From Octopus sinensis (Eukaryota): a DNA stretch of 64,000 nucleotides. The number at the start of each line of letters is the position of its first letter. The first letter of the stretch is position 1. The notes beneath the pieces were generated by a model. It was given only the letters and a program-made list of their open reading frames with translations. It was not told the DNA's origin and did no database searches. The DNA is taken from contig NC_043008.1 in NCBI RefSeq assembly GCF_006345805.1, positions 59,582,001 to 59,646,000 on the forward strand, in the 5' to 3' direction. This document shows positions 26,301-41,725 of the stretch, in pieces. Position numbers and translations under genes: made by a program.

Positions 26301-26787
26301 GCGTTAGGTAACCGATGTGGTTATTCAGATGTGTCATATGATATGTAACGATGGCTCATGCTATACAATAGCTACACACACCTGTGATAGGAACAGCATT
26401 TGTAAAATAAAATTTGATAGGAATGGTATTTTGCTGTCATCCCAGAAGACTACACAGATAGATATAATTACAACTTAGGGTGTCTTCTGCACAAGTAAAC
26501 AAGAGAAGTAAATATGATAGAGAGATATTCAACCACACGAACCTGAACGCTGATGAGAGTTTGAGGAACTCTCCTGGCTCCCTGAAGTAAAACGTTACCA
26601 GACAAAACGCTTAAAAGTGTCCATTTTGAACAATGATTTGGAGGGAAAAATTATAAGTTTTGTATCACATAACATATGTTACTCCACAAGACGAACACAA
26701 CTATTCCTCAAATTTTTGAATAGCTGAAGAATAAAAAAAAAAATACAAGGGAGATAAATCTTATCACCACCACAGATGGTAAGCAAC

Positions 26788-26822
<35 letters not shown>

Positions 26823-27632
26823 AATAATTTCAATTTATTTTCCTGTGGAGTAATTTAATATTGGAAAGGATTTTCATAGTTTCATGCAGTTGATCCCTAT
26901 TATAGAAACATACTGGCATGAAAAAAATCATAAAGAAATTGTTTTTAGCATTAACTATTGTCAACCTTAAAATAAAAAAAGATAGTAACACTTCTATTCT
27001 CCAAGAGAACTAAGTAGTGTAATACAAGAAGTATAACTGTGTGAATAGCTGATTAAATTGCCACCACATGCATGTCAGGTATTGATCTGTACGTATTACA
27101 GATTGATAGCAAAATCTGCAGCAAACTCAAAATAAGGATTTAGCCTTGCACTACCTTATTTTCCAAGAACCACAAGGGTCATTTCCTAACCAAATTCTTA
27201 ATATTACTGACGTCAATTAGTACTCATACAGAGAAACTCAGTATATAAATATATATTTGTAAAAACAAAATTCTGCAATGTATACATACGTTTTTTTTTC
27301 TTTTATTAAAAGTAAGGGGATAAATAAAGGGGAACCGAAGGGCGACAAAAAAGGATATAGACGGGATTTCTTTAAAAAAATTAAGGAACCGTTACCATTT
27401 TGAAGAAAACATTTTTCTTTCAAAAATAATTTTTAAAATATGAAAAAACACAACAAAAAACATGTTCTTAATTTTTTTCTTTTTTGTGTTTTTTTTTCCA
27501 ATCAGAACATTAAAATTTCTGTGAAAAATGGAATGCTGTTCATATTTGTTAGTAGGAATAAGATTTTGTTCGGACTTTAGATTCACTTTGAAGTGTGCTC
27601 ACATGCATGTATGTGTGTGCATGCATGCACAC

Positions 27633-27690
<58 letters not shown>

Positions 27691-28009
27691 TAAACACCTT
27701 CTACCCAACTTACAACTGACAGGTCTTAAATCGATCTGGTCATATGTTGGATTTATATTTTTCAACACTATTTCCATTCAAACGCAACAGATGATTGAAA
27801 GCGATTGAGTGATAGAGTGTGGCATGTAGTGGAGGCCTGGGTCTGAAAGAGGCCTGCATTACCAGATGCTGCCAGTTATTGTACGTGCAGCTGCCCAACG
27901 TCTGAAAAATTGATTCTGTTTATTTTATTATTTCCTTACTTTTTGTGGTCACAAGTGCGGATTGTCGTAAGCCGCATAGGTTGTAAGTCAAGAAGATGTA
28001 TACATACAT

Positions 28010-28052
<43 letters not shown>

Positions 28053-30033
28053 GACACAAATACACACATGCATGCATATACACACAAACATACATGGTTA
28101 AAGTAACTTTCTTTTATAGACGAAGACATAAAAAAAAATAGGACAAGTTTGAAAATAGCTAATTCCTAATGAAAGAGAAGCTGTGCAGCTAGAATCTTTA
28201 AATTACAACAACATTTAAGATTTTGGTAATATTATCACAGATATTTTTTTTCTTTCTTTCCCACCGAGCAGATTCCCAGGTGGTGGTGATGGTGGAGGAG
28301 GGGAATAGTTTTGTGAAAAAAAAAAAAGAAATGCAACGGTAGAACTGCATGATGTGACAGTCTTGTTATTGATTCTTGTCACTGATGGTCATTTTGTCTG
28401 ACTTCATGGCATAAGAGAGAGGGTGAGCTGGGAATTCTCCCTGGAATGAAAAACGCCAATACCAGTTGGTAACAATAAATACTTTCATGGTTAGTTAGTT
28501 ACTTGGTGTAAGAAAAAAAAAAAAATTGATTTCACCTTTTTTGTTAATAGTTTTTTTTTTTTTTTTGCTTTAACCATCAGTGACATTATGTGCAAGATAT
28601 ATATATGCACGTGTATATTATATATATATATATATGTATATATATAGACAGATACATTTTATATAAACTTTCCTTTTTTGTTTTTAAAATCCAATATCAT
28701 CATGATCATCATTATCATCATCATCATCATCCTCATCATCATCATTATCATCTTCATCTTCAACATGAAACCTTCCACAAAAGGAGAGAAGGTTTTTTGG
28801 TCTGTAAATAGCATCTCGTCATCTCATACTCGACTGCCAACCCAAAGGAGGAGAAGGAGGAGGAGGAGCAGTTGGGGAGAGGGAGGCAGTACTTGATGTA
28901 GATCTTGGCAAATCTTCATACAAAAATATATTCAACTCCAGCATTTATTTACAATGATTTTACACTTTACCGGTAGTTTCTGATCTTAACAATTTCATAT
29001 TTACGTTGTTATTGTTTAATTTTTAAAATCCAGATGTTAATATATTATAGATAGATATATAGTTTTTTCTTTTTTTTTTTGGTTCTTTTCGTTTTTACTG
29101 GTTGTTACAATTTTTTTTTTATTATTTTGGTTTAATTTGTTTTGTTTGTTGTTTAAGTTTTTACAAATTTTTCTGGTTGTTCGCATGTTTTGTTTTTAGT
29201 TTTGTTGTTTGTATGTTTTTTGTTTTGTTTCATTCAATTTTTCAACCCAAATTTGGCCTCATTTATAAAACGTCAACGGAATTAATATTCGTTTGAATCG
29301 AATAAGCTAATTAAATTAGGCGCTGATGTTATAGGCCATTGAAAACCCTTTTTTAACAAGGATGTTGTTACAGAAAAAAAAAAAAAAAAAGGCAGGAAGG
29401 AGTGAAGAAGAAAGAAGGAGGGACTAGAATTTTTGGAAGGAAAGTCTTATATTAACACCAGAAACCAAATATTTCATGAAACAAAAGATTGAAACAGTTT
29501 CATAACATACATTCAGAAAGAAAAAAAAAATTTTTCTTTTTTGTTCTTTTTAATATTGCGATCTACAAAAGAATATATCTGATGGGCTGACAAATTCAAG
29601 ATAAAGTAGTGTGTTTAGTCTGGAATTATGACAGAACACAACCTTAATAGATCTGATAAGTTAAGTTACCCACACATGTGTCGAATGCCCAGAAATATAA
29701 CAGAAATAGTAATTAATCGTTAATTGGTTTACTTGGTCGTTAACATGTAAATGAGGTTGTTTCTTCCAGTCCATCCTTGTTTTTCCCCATTACTGGTCAG
29801 TGTCGCTTAAGAAAAAGAAATCTATTATTCTTCAAGAGAACACATATCCCTATATTTTTTACTTTTGTTCTTTTAAATAATTACACTTTGTAAATAAATT
29901 TACAATGCAAAAACTAAAACGGAATTTTGATAGATGTTGGTAAATATTCTTTAAACTAATATGTATATGCATTTATGTGTAAACACACACAGATACATAT
30001 ATATCATATATATCTATACACATAGATATAGAT

Positions 30034-30064
<31 letters not shown>

Positions 30065-30440
30065 TAGATAGATAGATAGAGACAGACAGATAGATCTACA
30101 GAGAGGGAGGGAGAGCGAAAAATACATAAATGTGTGTATTATATATACATATGCATACATACATGAATAATATAATACCCACACACACACACATATGTAT
30201 ATATATATATGTGTGTGTGTATGTGTGAGCTTGTATGCATGTACATATATATAATCATTATAATTATCCTAATTACTGTTAAGATATTTACTACTACTAC
30301 TACTACTACTACTAAATGTTTAACTCTATGCAGACATTTATCTCATCAGATACACAACTATATTCTTCGACTTAAGTAATTAATAGAAAATGGAAAACAT
30401 GAATTTTAAACTTCACAAGAATGAAAGAAAAAGAACCAAA

Positions 30441-30473
<33 letters not shown>

Positions 30474-31217
30474 TGAACAGTTAACGTTAAATCTCTAGTT
30501 TACCAATGGCACACAGTATAATTTACATATACATCTCTATTTGATGATGTGTGTGTGTGTGTTTATGTAAGTATGTACGTAAAATATATGGCGGATAGAA
30601 TGGGCAAGAGAACAAATAAATAATAGCTTAAAAGCTTGCCGTTAGAAAATAGAATTTAAAACTTCTGTTGAATATTGCGAAAATATATTTTGGCCGACCA
30701 GAATCTTACCAACAAGTGACACAATAACAACTATTCAAGATTTCGCAAGTGACACCGGCAAATGCAGAAAAATTGAATTTCATCCAAATTTTACAGAAAA
30801 ACTGATTGTGATATTGCTTTGGTGATTAAATCACTTATGACGATGTTTATAATTATTATTATCGGTATTATTTGTAGCAGTAGTAATAATAGTATTAGTA
30901 GCGTTTGCTAAGTGATTCAGTTTGTGTTGTTTCTGTTTAAAAATGGGGCAAGTTTCTGGCTATTTCACCTGTTGCTTTACAAGACTGGAAGGCCATAATC
31001 ACATTTGTCCGCTATTATTTAATTAGAGTTTGGAGGAATTTTAAGATTTGTAGAATCATTCAGGAAATCAATAAAAGAAATGGTATTATTTTAATCAAGA
31101 AGAGATTGTCAAAAGTTTTGCCTCACTTTTAAGAGACATTTGAGAATTTTCTTTGAAAATAACATACATATGCACACACACTTGAGTGAAATATATTCTG
31201 ATCTAGACATATATGCA

Positions 31218-31266
<49 letters not shown>

Positions 31267-31425
31267 TAACACACATATAGGTATGTGTATGTGTGTGTGC
31301 ATGTGAGCTCAATAAAAGAGAATAGAAAGAATATGTAAATCAAAGCTAAAATCTTTAAGTCAAAAACATAAATTTTTCCATTTTCTATATTACTACAAGA
31401 AAAATGACAATTTCATACATATCAT

Positions 31426-31457
<32 letters not shown>

Positions 31458-31794
31458 GTATATATATATATATATAGTTTGTTCAAAGAGGCATACAGAA
31501 TCCTTCTCTATACATATGCACACACAAATTCATCACAAACACTACACGTAAGATAAATTTTGACTAATTTTGCATAATTCTCATGCTTCTTTGTAATTAA
31601 TTAAAAATGTTCACAGTTAATAGCATTTCTGCTTAATGCATACTGATTGTTAGAATGGTTAAATAGAGTTCAGATCTGTTGGTATAAAAGAAGCATGATT
31701 CATATATAGAAAGTCAGTATTAAATATCTATCATGTAGTATGTAATTATATATCAATACACATGCCCATATAGGTTTATATGCCTATGGCCCAG

Positions 31795-32112
31795 CACTCC
31801 GTCGGTTATGACGAGTATTCCAATTGATTCAATCAACAGAACAGCCTGTTTGTGAAATGAATGTGCAAGTGGCTGAGCATTCCACAGACATGGACACTCT
31901 TAACATAATTCTCAGGGGAATCCAGCATGATACAGAATGTGACAAAGCTGGGCCTTTGAATAAGAGCTACAACACATTTTTGTCAAGTGAGTGGATTGAA
32001 GCAACGTGAAATAAAGTGTCTTGCTCAGAGACACAACGCGCAGTCGGGATTCGAACTAACGACATCACAGCAATGAGCTGAATATCATAGCCGCTAAACC
32101 ACACACCTTCAC
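31795..32112 (-). mobile_element. tRNA-headed SINE, family 4
   Basis: Homologous to 12788-13112. Confidence 0.85.
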
Positions 32113-33291
32113 TGTATGTGTATACACAGAGGTATAAGTACACATATAGTCAATTGTTCTTGCTATGAAATCTCCACTGGTGAAGCTTTCTTTCTTCCTT
32201 AACAGCTATGCCCTTTGTAGAGAGAATCAAAATAGCTAAAACTGGAATAATCATACATACACATAGACAGACACACATACATCACAGACACAGTAAACCT
32301 ATATATATATATATATATAAGAAACAAGTTTTTAAAAAATAGTGGTCATTAAATATAAAGGAAAAATATGAAATGACCATTAATTTAACTTATTTCTTAT
32401 TTCATTCTGTGTGAAAACCAGTTTGTCTGAGCGCATCCATGGATTTACAATATAGAATTGTGATGAACCATAACCCTGAACCCAAACAAAAGATTACCTG
32501 GAGTTTTTCACTAATCTAAGTAATATTGTTAGCCTGGTGAGCCAACAGAGAGATTATGAAATATTTAACCTAGATTGATAATCAATCACTATTTGTTCTA
32601 TATATAAATATGTATAGTTCTATATATGTAGTTTTATATATATGACTTAACATAGCTGAAGAATTGTGTAATACTTTTAAGTAGAGAGTAGATATATATT
32701 TACTTTTATAAGGCAAAGGTTAAGAGTGACTTCGAAGTCTCAGCTTGCTCACCTTTATCAGACCGTCTACTGACCAATGAACAGGCCAGAACTTCAAAGT
32801 CACAGGAAATGTTTTCCTTGCAAAAGTTTATACAAACACACACACACAAAAAAAAAAAGAACTAATATAATATGAAACAGAATAATATGAAAATAATATG
32901 AACCAAAAGATAACATAAGTACATAAAAACAAAAGAAAAAAAAACAGAGAAATGTGTTCCCAATCAAGATCGTTAATTAAAGCTGACCAAGTTTTTTTTT
33001 TTTTTTTTTGTACAACATCCATGTTACCACCACGTTTAAGAAAATGTTTTAAATCGTAAGACTCCTGCATGAAAAAAGAAAACTCATAAAAATAAAGATT
33101 TTTACTCTCAAGTTGTTATCACAGCTAAATTGTGATTGAATTCTTCAATCCTTGTCATCTCATTGGTTGAGACAGTTACTTAGTTTAACTCGTTAAGCAT
33201 GACATTACAGCAATGATGTGCAATACCTAATTGGTCTTTGCAAGTTGGTAACAACACCACCAAAAGAAAAAAAAAAACGTGTGTGTATGTA

Positions 33292-33344
<53 letters not shown>

Positions 33345-33552
33345 GTATGTATGTATACACACACATACATATATATATATACATGTACATATACATACAC
33401 ATATAGACATGTACATATTCACATATGCATATGTATATACATATATATATATTGCATGCATATATATAAATATACATGTATATAGTGTATGTACGTATTT
33501 ATATATACACACATGTGTATATATGTATATAGTATATATGTATATAGTGTAT

Positions 33553-33584
<32 letters not shown>

Positions 33585-33606
33585 CATGCATATACACACA
33601 TATGTG

Positions 33607-33663
<57 letters not shown>

Positions 33664-34236
33664 TTACATGTATAGATAGAGATAAATTAATTAACAAAAC
33701 ACCAGCAGCAGCAACAACAGCAGCAACAGCAGCAGTGGCAGCAGCACTGCCTGTGACCTTTTTTTGGTAACATACAGTCCAGTTTCTTCAGATAATATGT
33801 ACACTCAAAAATGTGTTTTCCTCTTCTTGTCTTTTAAGAGTAATTCAATCAGTAAAGAAACAAAACAAAACAAATAAAAAAAAGAGTTCAAAAAGAGAGA
33901 GAGAGAGAGAGGGCAAGAAGGTAGATTTAAGAGGCAAGGGTGTGGGGGAGAAATGAAGGATGGAGGAGAGAATGAGAAATAAAAGAGAGAGGAAAAAAAA
34001 AAGGGTCTGCCAATACATTTTTTAAACAAAAAAATGTTGATTTTGTTGTTTACAAAAAGAAAAACCGTTAAGGGTCACCTATGTTCGTCAAAAAAAAAAA
34101 TTGTTCTCCGTTGTTTTTTTTTCTCAGATTGAAAATAAGATGAGATTTTTAGATATTATGTATACACCCACCCACACATATATTCAAACACAAATACACA
34201 CATATACATACATATATATATACATACATATATGTG

Positions 34237-34286
<50 letters not shown>

Positions 34287-35380
34287 ATATACATACATAC
34301 ATACATACATACATACATACATACATAAAATTAAAAAGGGAGCATTTGGAAATATCAGCAGTTAGATTAATTGATAGCTTATATAATAATCAGATCACTG
34401 AAGAATATTAAAACAAAACAAAAATAATTTAGATAAAAAATGTAATACCAAATATACCATGAAATACATACATAATATCATTACAATGATATTTAAACTT
34501 TAAGCTTGATTTTTTAAAATATCATATAGCTATCTATTAGAATACTAAGTATATTTTTTGACTTAGTTTCATATCACACCCAGTTTAGTGAGAGCGGAGT
34601 TTTAATTTAGATTTAGTAGATTGGAAACTAAATGAAGACTTCTGTATTTAATATATATATATAACGTTTAATCTATGGATTGTTTCTTTATACACTATAC
34701 CCTGGACATTTTGTTATTTTATACACTATACTGTGGACACCTTATAATCTTTAACACTGTTAAATCAATATTTATTAGTAAGTATGACTATACCTTTTAA
34801 TATGTATATATATATATATTTCTCATATACTTTTATAGATTTACATAATTTGTCGCACATATATGTATATTATATTTTTAATATTTTGAAATTTTTAGTA
34901 TTGTTTTGATATTGACTATTTTCAGTATTGCTTCGGTATTGAACTTTTTAATGAGAGATGCATTAAATATATTATTAATTACTCCTTTTGGCTCGGCTTA
35001 TACTGTAATGTTTTTTGAATTGTCGAATCTATCTCATTTTTCATCCTTAATTTTTAAAATATTTAAATATTTATATTTATATATATACTGTAACATACAA
35101 GAGGCTTCATAAATATATATACAGGATTTATTTGCAAGCTACAATAAGTTTCATGCCTTTGATAATACAATAGTCAGATGAGATTGTATAGTATGATATA
35201 TCTTATCAGGCAACCATTCAGGCTTGTCGGCATAGTGTACTATCAGAGGTATGAAATTTATAGTAGCTCACATTTAAATCCTGTGTATATTAAATGATAT
35301 TTATCCCTCACTGGATGGAATACTTTTTTTGTTGATCCTACCAACAATAGAACAGTACACTATATATATATATATAAAGA

Positions 35381-35435
<55 letters not shown>

Positions 35436-35901
35436 AGTTTGGGTATGTGTGTATGTATGCCTGGGAGTCCTTGTCTTGACACTGGGTGATAATTATAAAA
35501 GAGCATACTGTTGTTTATTTTGAATCTTTTGTGGAAACATATCAGGCCCTGGTGAAATATTACCTAGCAAAGAAACAAGTGAAGGTTGGTGCCAGGAAGG
35601 GCATCCGGCCATAGAAAATCTACCTCAACAAACTCTGTCTGACCCGTGCAAGCATGGAAAAGTGGACATTTAAAAAATATGGTGGAATATATCGAATTCA
35701 TAAATTTACAAATAAAATCCTTATTCATAAACGACAAATAAATATAAAAAATAAAATTCAGTTAAATAGGCAACTGTTCAGAGAATGTTAAATCAAACTT
35801 TGGGTGGTACCACTAAAATATGTTATATACTAGAAGAAAGTTTGGGTTTAGAGGGGGGGCAGGTAATGAACCTTCTTGAAGATGCAATAGGTGTGTGTAT
35901 G

Positions 35902-35933
<32 letters not shown>

Positions 35934-37439
35934 AAGTATGTATATCTGAAATCCTTAAAGGAATCCAATTTGGCTACTCTCACACCTGAATCCTTCACCT
36001 TTAATGACCCGTTTGTTTTGATTTTTTTTTTCTACTTAGCTTATTTTTTCTTGTCTTTGTTTTGTTTCTCATTTTGGGTGACTGAAATTCAGGTTTTTAA
36101 GTTACAATTTACAAGCCAAAAGACAAAAAAGAAAAGGAAGAACCTTGCACCTCTCTTTCACAAAAAAAAAAGCGGGAACAGAAACAGGTACATTTTATTT
36201 GATAGTGTTTTCAATATTTTCTATATTTCCTTGCAGCTGATATTTTGCTTTTTCTGTATTTTAACCTTCTAGTTTTTTTTTTTTTTTTTTTTATATCCTT
36301 AATCTTTTTTTACAAATCAACAAAGAATGTTGCTAGGTGACCCTTATACAATGTCCATCACAGTAAACCCCAGTAGAATGATATATGAGAAAATGACTAG
36401 CAGCATTATGCTAAACAGAACACACTCCACCGGATGACTAGCTTGCTTTCTCTCTGGTCACTCTAAATACTCTATACCTAAATCATCATCATCATCATCA
36501 TCATTTAGTGTCCGCTTTCCATGCTAGCATGGGTTGGACGGTTCAACTGGGGTCTGGGAGGCCAGAAGGCTGCACCAGACTCCAGTCTGATCTGGCAAAT
36601 GTTTCTACGGCTGAATGCCCTTCCTAACGCCAACCACTCCGTGAGTGTAGTGGGTGCTTTTTACATGCCAGACGGGGCTGGCAAACGGCCATACTTTAAA
36701 CATACATGTATACTTGTAACATGTGTACATCCACATGATCACAAAATCATGGTTTCAATTCACGGACCAGGCAGTGTGTTATGTTCTTGAGCAAAAGATT
36801 TAATCTCGTCGTTCTACAATCACTTGGATATCGGATATGTGGCCGCTCATGCGTCTGTACAAGACAAGCAATGTCAGTTAGGAGAGATAGAGGTAGCTCA
36901 AGTACCGCACGAGATAAACAAATAATCTGGGCAGATTGTTCAGCAAGAGATTGCAGAACTATGTTTTTCAGACTCAGGAAGCTACTGAGAGCAATATCTT
37001 CATGTACAGACATACTTGCATATCACATAGTGACAATGAACTGATGGACTTCTAGATTCCCCATGTCTGAATTCCCCCATTATGATCTACTTAAAACAGC
37101 AAATTACTGGCAACACAGAAATGAGAAAAAAAAAGCACACAAGCTATGACCTATAAAAATTAGTATTTGTTTAAAGTTTGTACAGCTTCTCCTTCATTTT
37201 ATAGACTTTTCAGTGTTCATTTTTTCTCATTTACAGTATGTAAGTACGTAATAGAAAGCAGAAAAAAAAAATAATAATACTTAGAAGTGAAGATCAAAAG
37301 CTATTGTATGGAAGCAAATATTTGTTAATCGTATAATTTTATCTCATGTAATGTTGAAATAGCCTTATCTTATCAATACTAAACACTGGCACATTAAAGA
37401 AAATTTTAATAGAGTAACTAATATGCTTTACATGCCTAT

Positions 37440-38790
37440 GTCTGTATGTGATATATATACATATATATACATATATACATACATTTATACATATATAGAT
37501 ATATATACATATATACATACATATATACATACATATATACATATATATATACATACATATATACATACATATATACATATATATATACATACATATATAC
37601 ATACATATATACATATATATATACATATATATACATACATATATACATATATATATACATATATATACATACATATAAGCATTCCTATAATCGCAGCTAC
37701 ATTACAAATAAATATGGTGTATACATCTGTGTTGTGTTTATGTATGTATGTATATGTGTGAGCAAACATACTGTACTTTGAGGAAATATATTCAGATCTA
37801 GGCATACAAATCTGTTAATGCTTACAATATATGCATACGCTTCTATATGTGCATACGGAGGGGAGGGCTGTATTGATAATCGCACACATACACATGTATA
37901 GTTATATATAAACACATAAACACACATATTCATGAGTGTATGTGTGTGTATAGCATGTACACAAAGATAGCCTGAGGTAGGTTGTTGCTGTTAAACGGGA
38001 TCCAAGTGTGGTAGCATGTGTGGAGTATATACTTAGTTGAGTACAACTTCAAGAAGGTTCACACCTAAAACATCACAGCAAAATTATGTTGTTGAGGCAA
38101 CACTTTGTTCTAGTATATACTGGAAAGGGTCGACAAATCTACAGCCTGAATTCAGTAAATAAGCAACACAGATTTTCAAGACTTAACAGAGAACAAATGA
38201 TTTCTTAAATCAAGAAGAAAAAGCAATGAAAATGTTAAGGTTTTTACACTTGGCATACACAACACACACACACACACAAACATAAAATATGTAAATATAC
38301 AATTATACAAAGTGTATAACACATATCCAAAATATGCAAATATACACTGAATTAATATATATACATATAAAATGCATAATATATATCACACAAAATGTAT
38401 GAATATATACACAAAAATGCATACACATGCATAATACATATCGTACAAAATGTATAAATATATGCATACAAATGTATATGTTTATACATATTATACAAAA
38501 TATATAATATATACTGCACAAAATGCATAAATACATATACAAAAATGTATATACATTATATATATATGTGTGTGTGTGTGTTATATATATATATATAAAT
38601 ATATATATACATATATACAAACATTTAATGCATATCGTACAACACACAAATACATACACAGAAATGTATATATATTTTATACACATTATGCAAAATGTAT
38701 AAATACATATGAAAAATGTATATACATTTTATACATATTATACAAAATGAATAATGCATATACAAAACGCATAAACTCATATATAAACAG
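37440..38790. repeat. (TACA/TATA) higher-order microsatellite (37440-37680) and degenerate acaaaatgtata-type repeat (38300-38790)
   Basis: Direct inspection. Confidence 0.85.
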
Positions 38791-39537
38791 CCAAACACAC
38801 ACACAGACAAAGGAAAAAAAGAAGCTAGTATTTTAAAACCCATAAATCACTGAAGTTAATAAATGTATTGGCAGAAGACATTTGAAGAGGAGATTTCACC
38901 AAAAATGAATAATTGATTTTTTAAAAAAATCTGAGCAAGTATCATGTATAAGGAGATAAGAAACAAAAAAAAATATTTTTTTTTTAAAAAATAGGAGCAG
39001 CCCTCTCAAAACTCAAATATACAATTTATCAAATACAACAAATAAAAACGCTTGTGTATATCTGTATCGTATCAAAAATATGCTGATTGTTCTTGCCGTA
39101 CATTTTTAAGGCTTATAACGTGCAGTTTGCGATGGCTTTGTTCTTTTCGTTTCTATAGTTATTGTAGCGTTTAACAAGACACACGATTGCCCCTTCTCTT
39201 ACTTATGAGATTGAACCACAATTAAAAAATAGTTTTCAACGATACAGATAATTTTAGAATTTTGTTTGTCTGCTTTGAAATATTTTCCACTGACTCAGAA
39301 GAATTACATGGACAAGAATAAAAATAATATAAAATTTGTCGGTTTTTTTTTTTGCTTTGTTTTTATACAATATATTGAAATAAAAATACATTTGGTTTTC
39401 TTCTTTTTTTTTAAAAAAAAAAAACAAAAATCTGATTGAAACCTGAAGACCTCTGGAAATTACTCAAATGTAGAGAATTACACTGTCCGGTTCATTCAAT
39501 ATTCTCTGTAGCAATGCAAAGTGTTTTTATATATGTA

Positions 39538-39590
<53 letters not shown>

Positions 39591-39658
39591 CACACGCGCA
39601 CACACACACATGTATGCATGTATGTATATATGTATGTTTACGCATACATGTACATATG

Positions 39659-39708
<50 letters not shown>

Positions 39709-39802
39709 ATACACACACACACATACATACAGATACACACACAATTACATATACTCATGTATAATCACATACATATATATATATACATGTATGTATGTAT
39801 AT

Positions 39803-39839
<37 letters not shown>

Positions 39840-40772
39840 AACGCGCTCACACAAGCATGCAGCTATACACACATATACTTTTACATGCAAAAATATATGC
39901 GCATGCATGCATGCACACACACACACACACACACATAAACAGTCACCATCCTTGCTACAGAGAGATTAGGTTTGGCCGGTTGATAAAAAGATAACATCAC
40001 TGCTCATTAGTGTGTATATATATATATTTTGTTCTTTAAAGCACTGTTGCTGACTCACTTTAGTCTATCATCAATACTGGTGTAGTTTTATATATATATA
40101 TATAGATATATATCGATATATATATGCGCTGAAAGGCATAGCCAACAGACGGGTCGGTTATACTTTGTAGATTGTCATCATCATAGTCGTCGTCTTCCAT
40201 CTTCATCTTCGTCTATCACCATCATCATTTGCAGGTATTTGCTTCTGTTCCAATTTTTTTTTCCATCTTTTCTTTTAAAAAAAAAACAAAAAAAAACATC
40301 ATCACTGCTGGTGCAGCTGGCTCGTAATATTTTCCCAGATATAATTATTTTTATGATAGTAAAATATGTGTATCATGTGTGGTTTTTTGCAACACATATC
40401 GTGGCTGTCAGGCTTTGCTTCACTGCTTTTACTGCAGACAAGTTAGCACTACATATACTGTATTATATTCTTATAAGTCTTTTTAACGGGGGATGAATCG
40501 AAAAAAAAAAAAAAAAAAAAAGGAAGAGGAAAAAAAAACACAACAATCCATCATTGCTGTTTGGTGTGCTTGCCTATGCTTCATGTGATTGCCTCTTATT
40601 GATATTTTTATGACATCATCCTCTATCGAACATCAAGCCAAAAAAAGGCTTTGAATTTATTTTTTGTAAAGAAAGCTTTTGGGGAGGAAAAAAAAATTAA
40701 AAATAAAAATTTAAAAAATAGTTAATTAACAGTTTTAGTGGTCATCAGAAAGGAAAACAAATAAAAATTCAG

Positions 40773-40828
<56 letters not shown>

Positions 40829-41010
40829 AGGAAAAATAAAAGTATGGTCTTAGCGTTTAGCTAAAGAAAAGAATAGGTAAAAATAAAGGTAAGGGGTAGG
40901 GGGATTGGGGTGGGAGTGTTAGGAAGTGACCTATAAATGATGACAAATGACCAATAACAAATTTCAGTTATCAGAAATACATCCAATTGCAATGGTCAAC
41001 AATACTGTAT

Positions 41011-41042
<32 letters not shown>

Positions 41043-41578
41043 TAATAATGATAATAATAATACAATGCGCACAAGCAGTTAGAGGAGCCTAGCACCACAA
41101 AAATGAGAACGGTAAAGCACATTTAGAGCCACAAGAAATAATAAATTACAATAGTGAACTAGTGCTAAACAAAAAAAAAAGTCTGTTTTCTTTTTTTTCT
41201 TTTCAAAAAAAAAAATAGAAAAAAGATTTCTTTCTCCACCCATTCCCACTGGCATTCACAGATCTGATTTTGATTTGGCTTAAATATGCTCTCAATTCTT
41301 TTGCCATCGACATGTTATTTTGTGAAAGTGTCTCTCTTTGTTTTTGGTTTTGGTGTTTTTTTTTTTTTTTTCCATTTTATTTGGGACATTTTTTTTCTTT
41401 TTATGTTTTTGCGCTTGTTTGTACGTCCGTCCGTCCGTAACATTCAATGATGTCAAAACCCCCGCCACTGGAATTGATTGAAAAAGAAGAGGTAGCAGCT
41501 GTTTACTCAATGCAACCAACATACTGGCCAGATTTAGGGAATGGGGTACTTCAAGACTCTTGAAAACACAGGAATAGA

Positions 41579-41725
41579 TTAGCGCTTATTCCTGCCCCTC
41601 CAGGCTTGGTCTTCTAACAGGATGTGCATGTAGGCAGGTTCTGCATCAGCTTGGGCATCGAGAACAGCTGTAGGAAGCTGACTGTTTTTCAGAGGTAGCC
41701 AATCATGGCCAAGGCTTTCAGACAC
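41579..41725 (-). CDS. FBXO33: FBXO33-like terminal coding exon (147 nt including stop)
   Basis: Acceptor tacag|GTG in phase 0; reads VSESLGHDWLPLKNSQLPTAVLDAQADAEPAYMHILLEDQAWRGRNKR* (compare FBXO33 VSLGLGQPW). TAA at 41579-41581. Too short to appear in the ORF track. Confidence 0.85.
   Translation of the reverse strand: MSESLGHDWLPLKNSQLPTAVLDAQADAEPAYMHILLEDQAWRGRNKR

Noticed and set aside
26548-26600. CTGATGA followed by a GAGTT/AACTC stem
   Set aside because: No GAAA follows the stem, so it is not a hammerhead; the distance to the next CTGA is too short for a C/D snoRNA.
27690-28920. Short GC-richer minus-strand frames (for example TLGSCTYNNW..., LYEDLPRSTSS...)
   Set aside because: Each closes within about 55 codons, with no recognisable homology or consistent exon chain.
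33700-33750. CAG/CAA triplet run suggesting polyQ/polyA coding (also ~51220-51255)
   Set aside because: Embedded in microsatellite or intronic context with no splice-supported frame.
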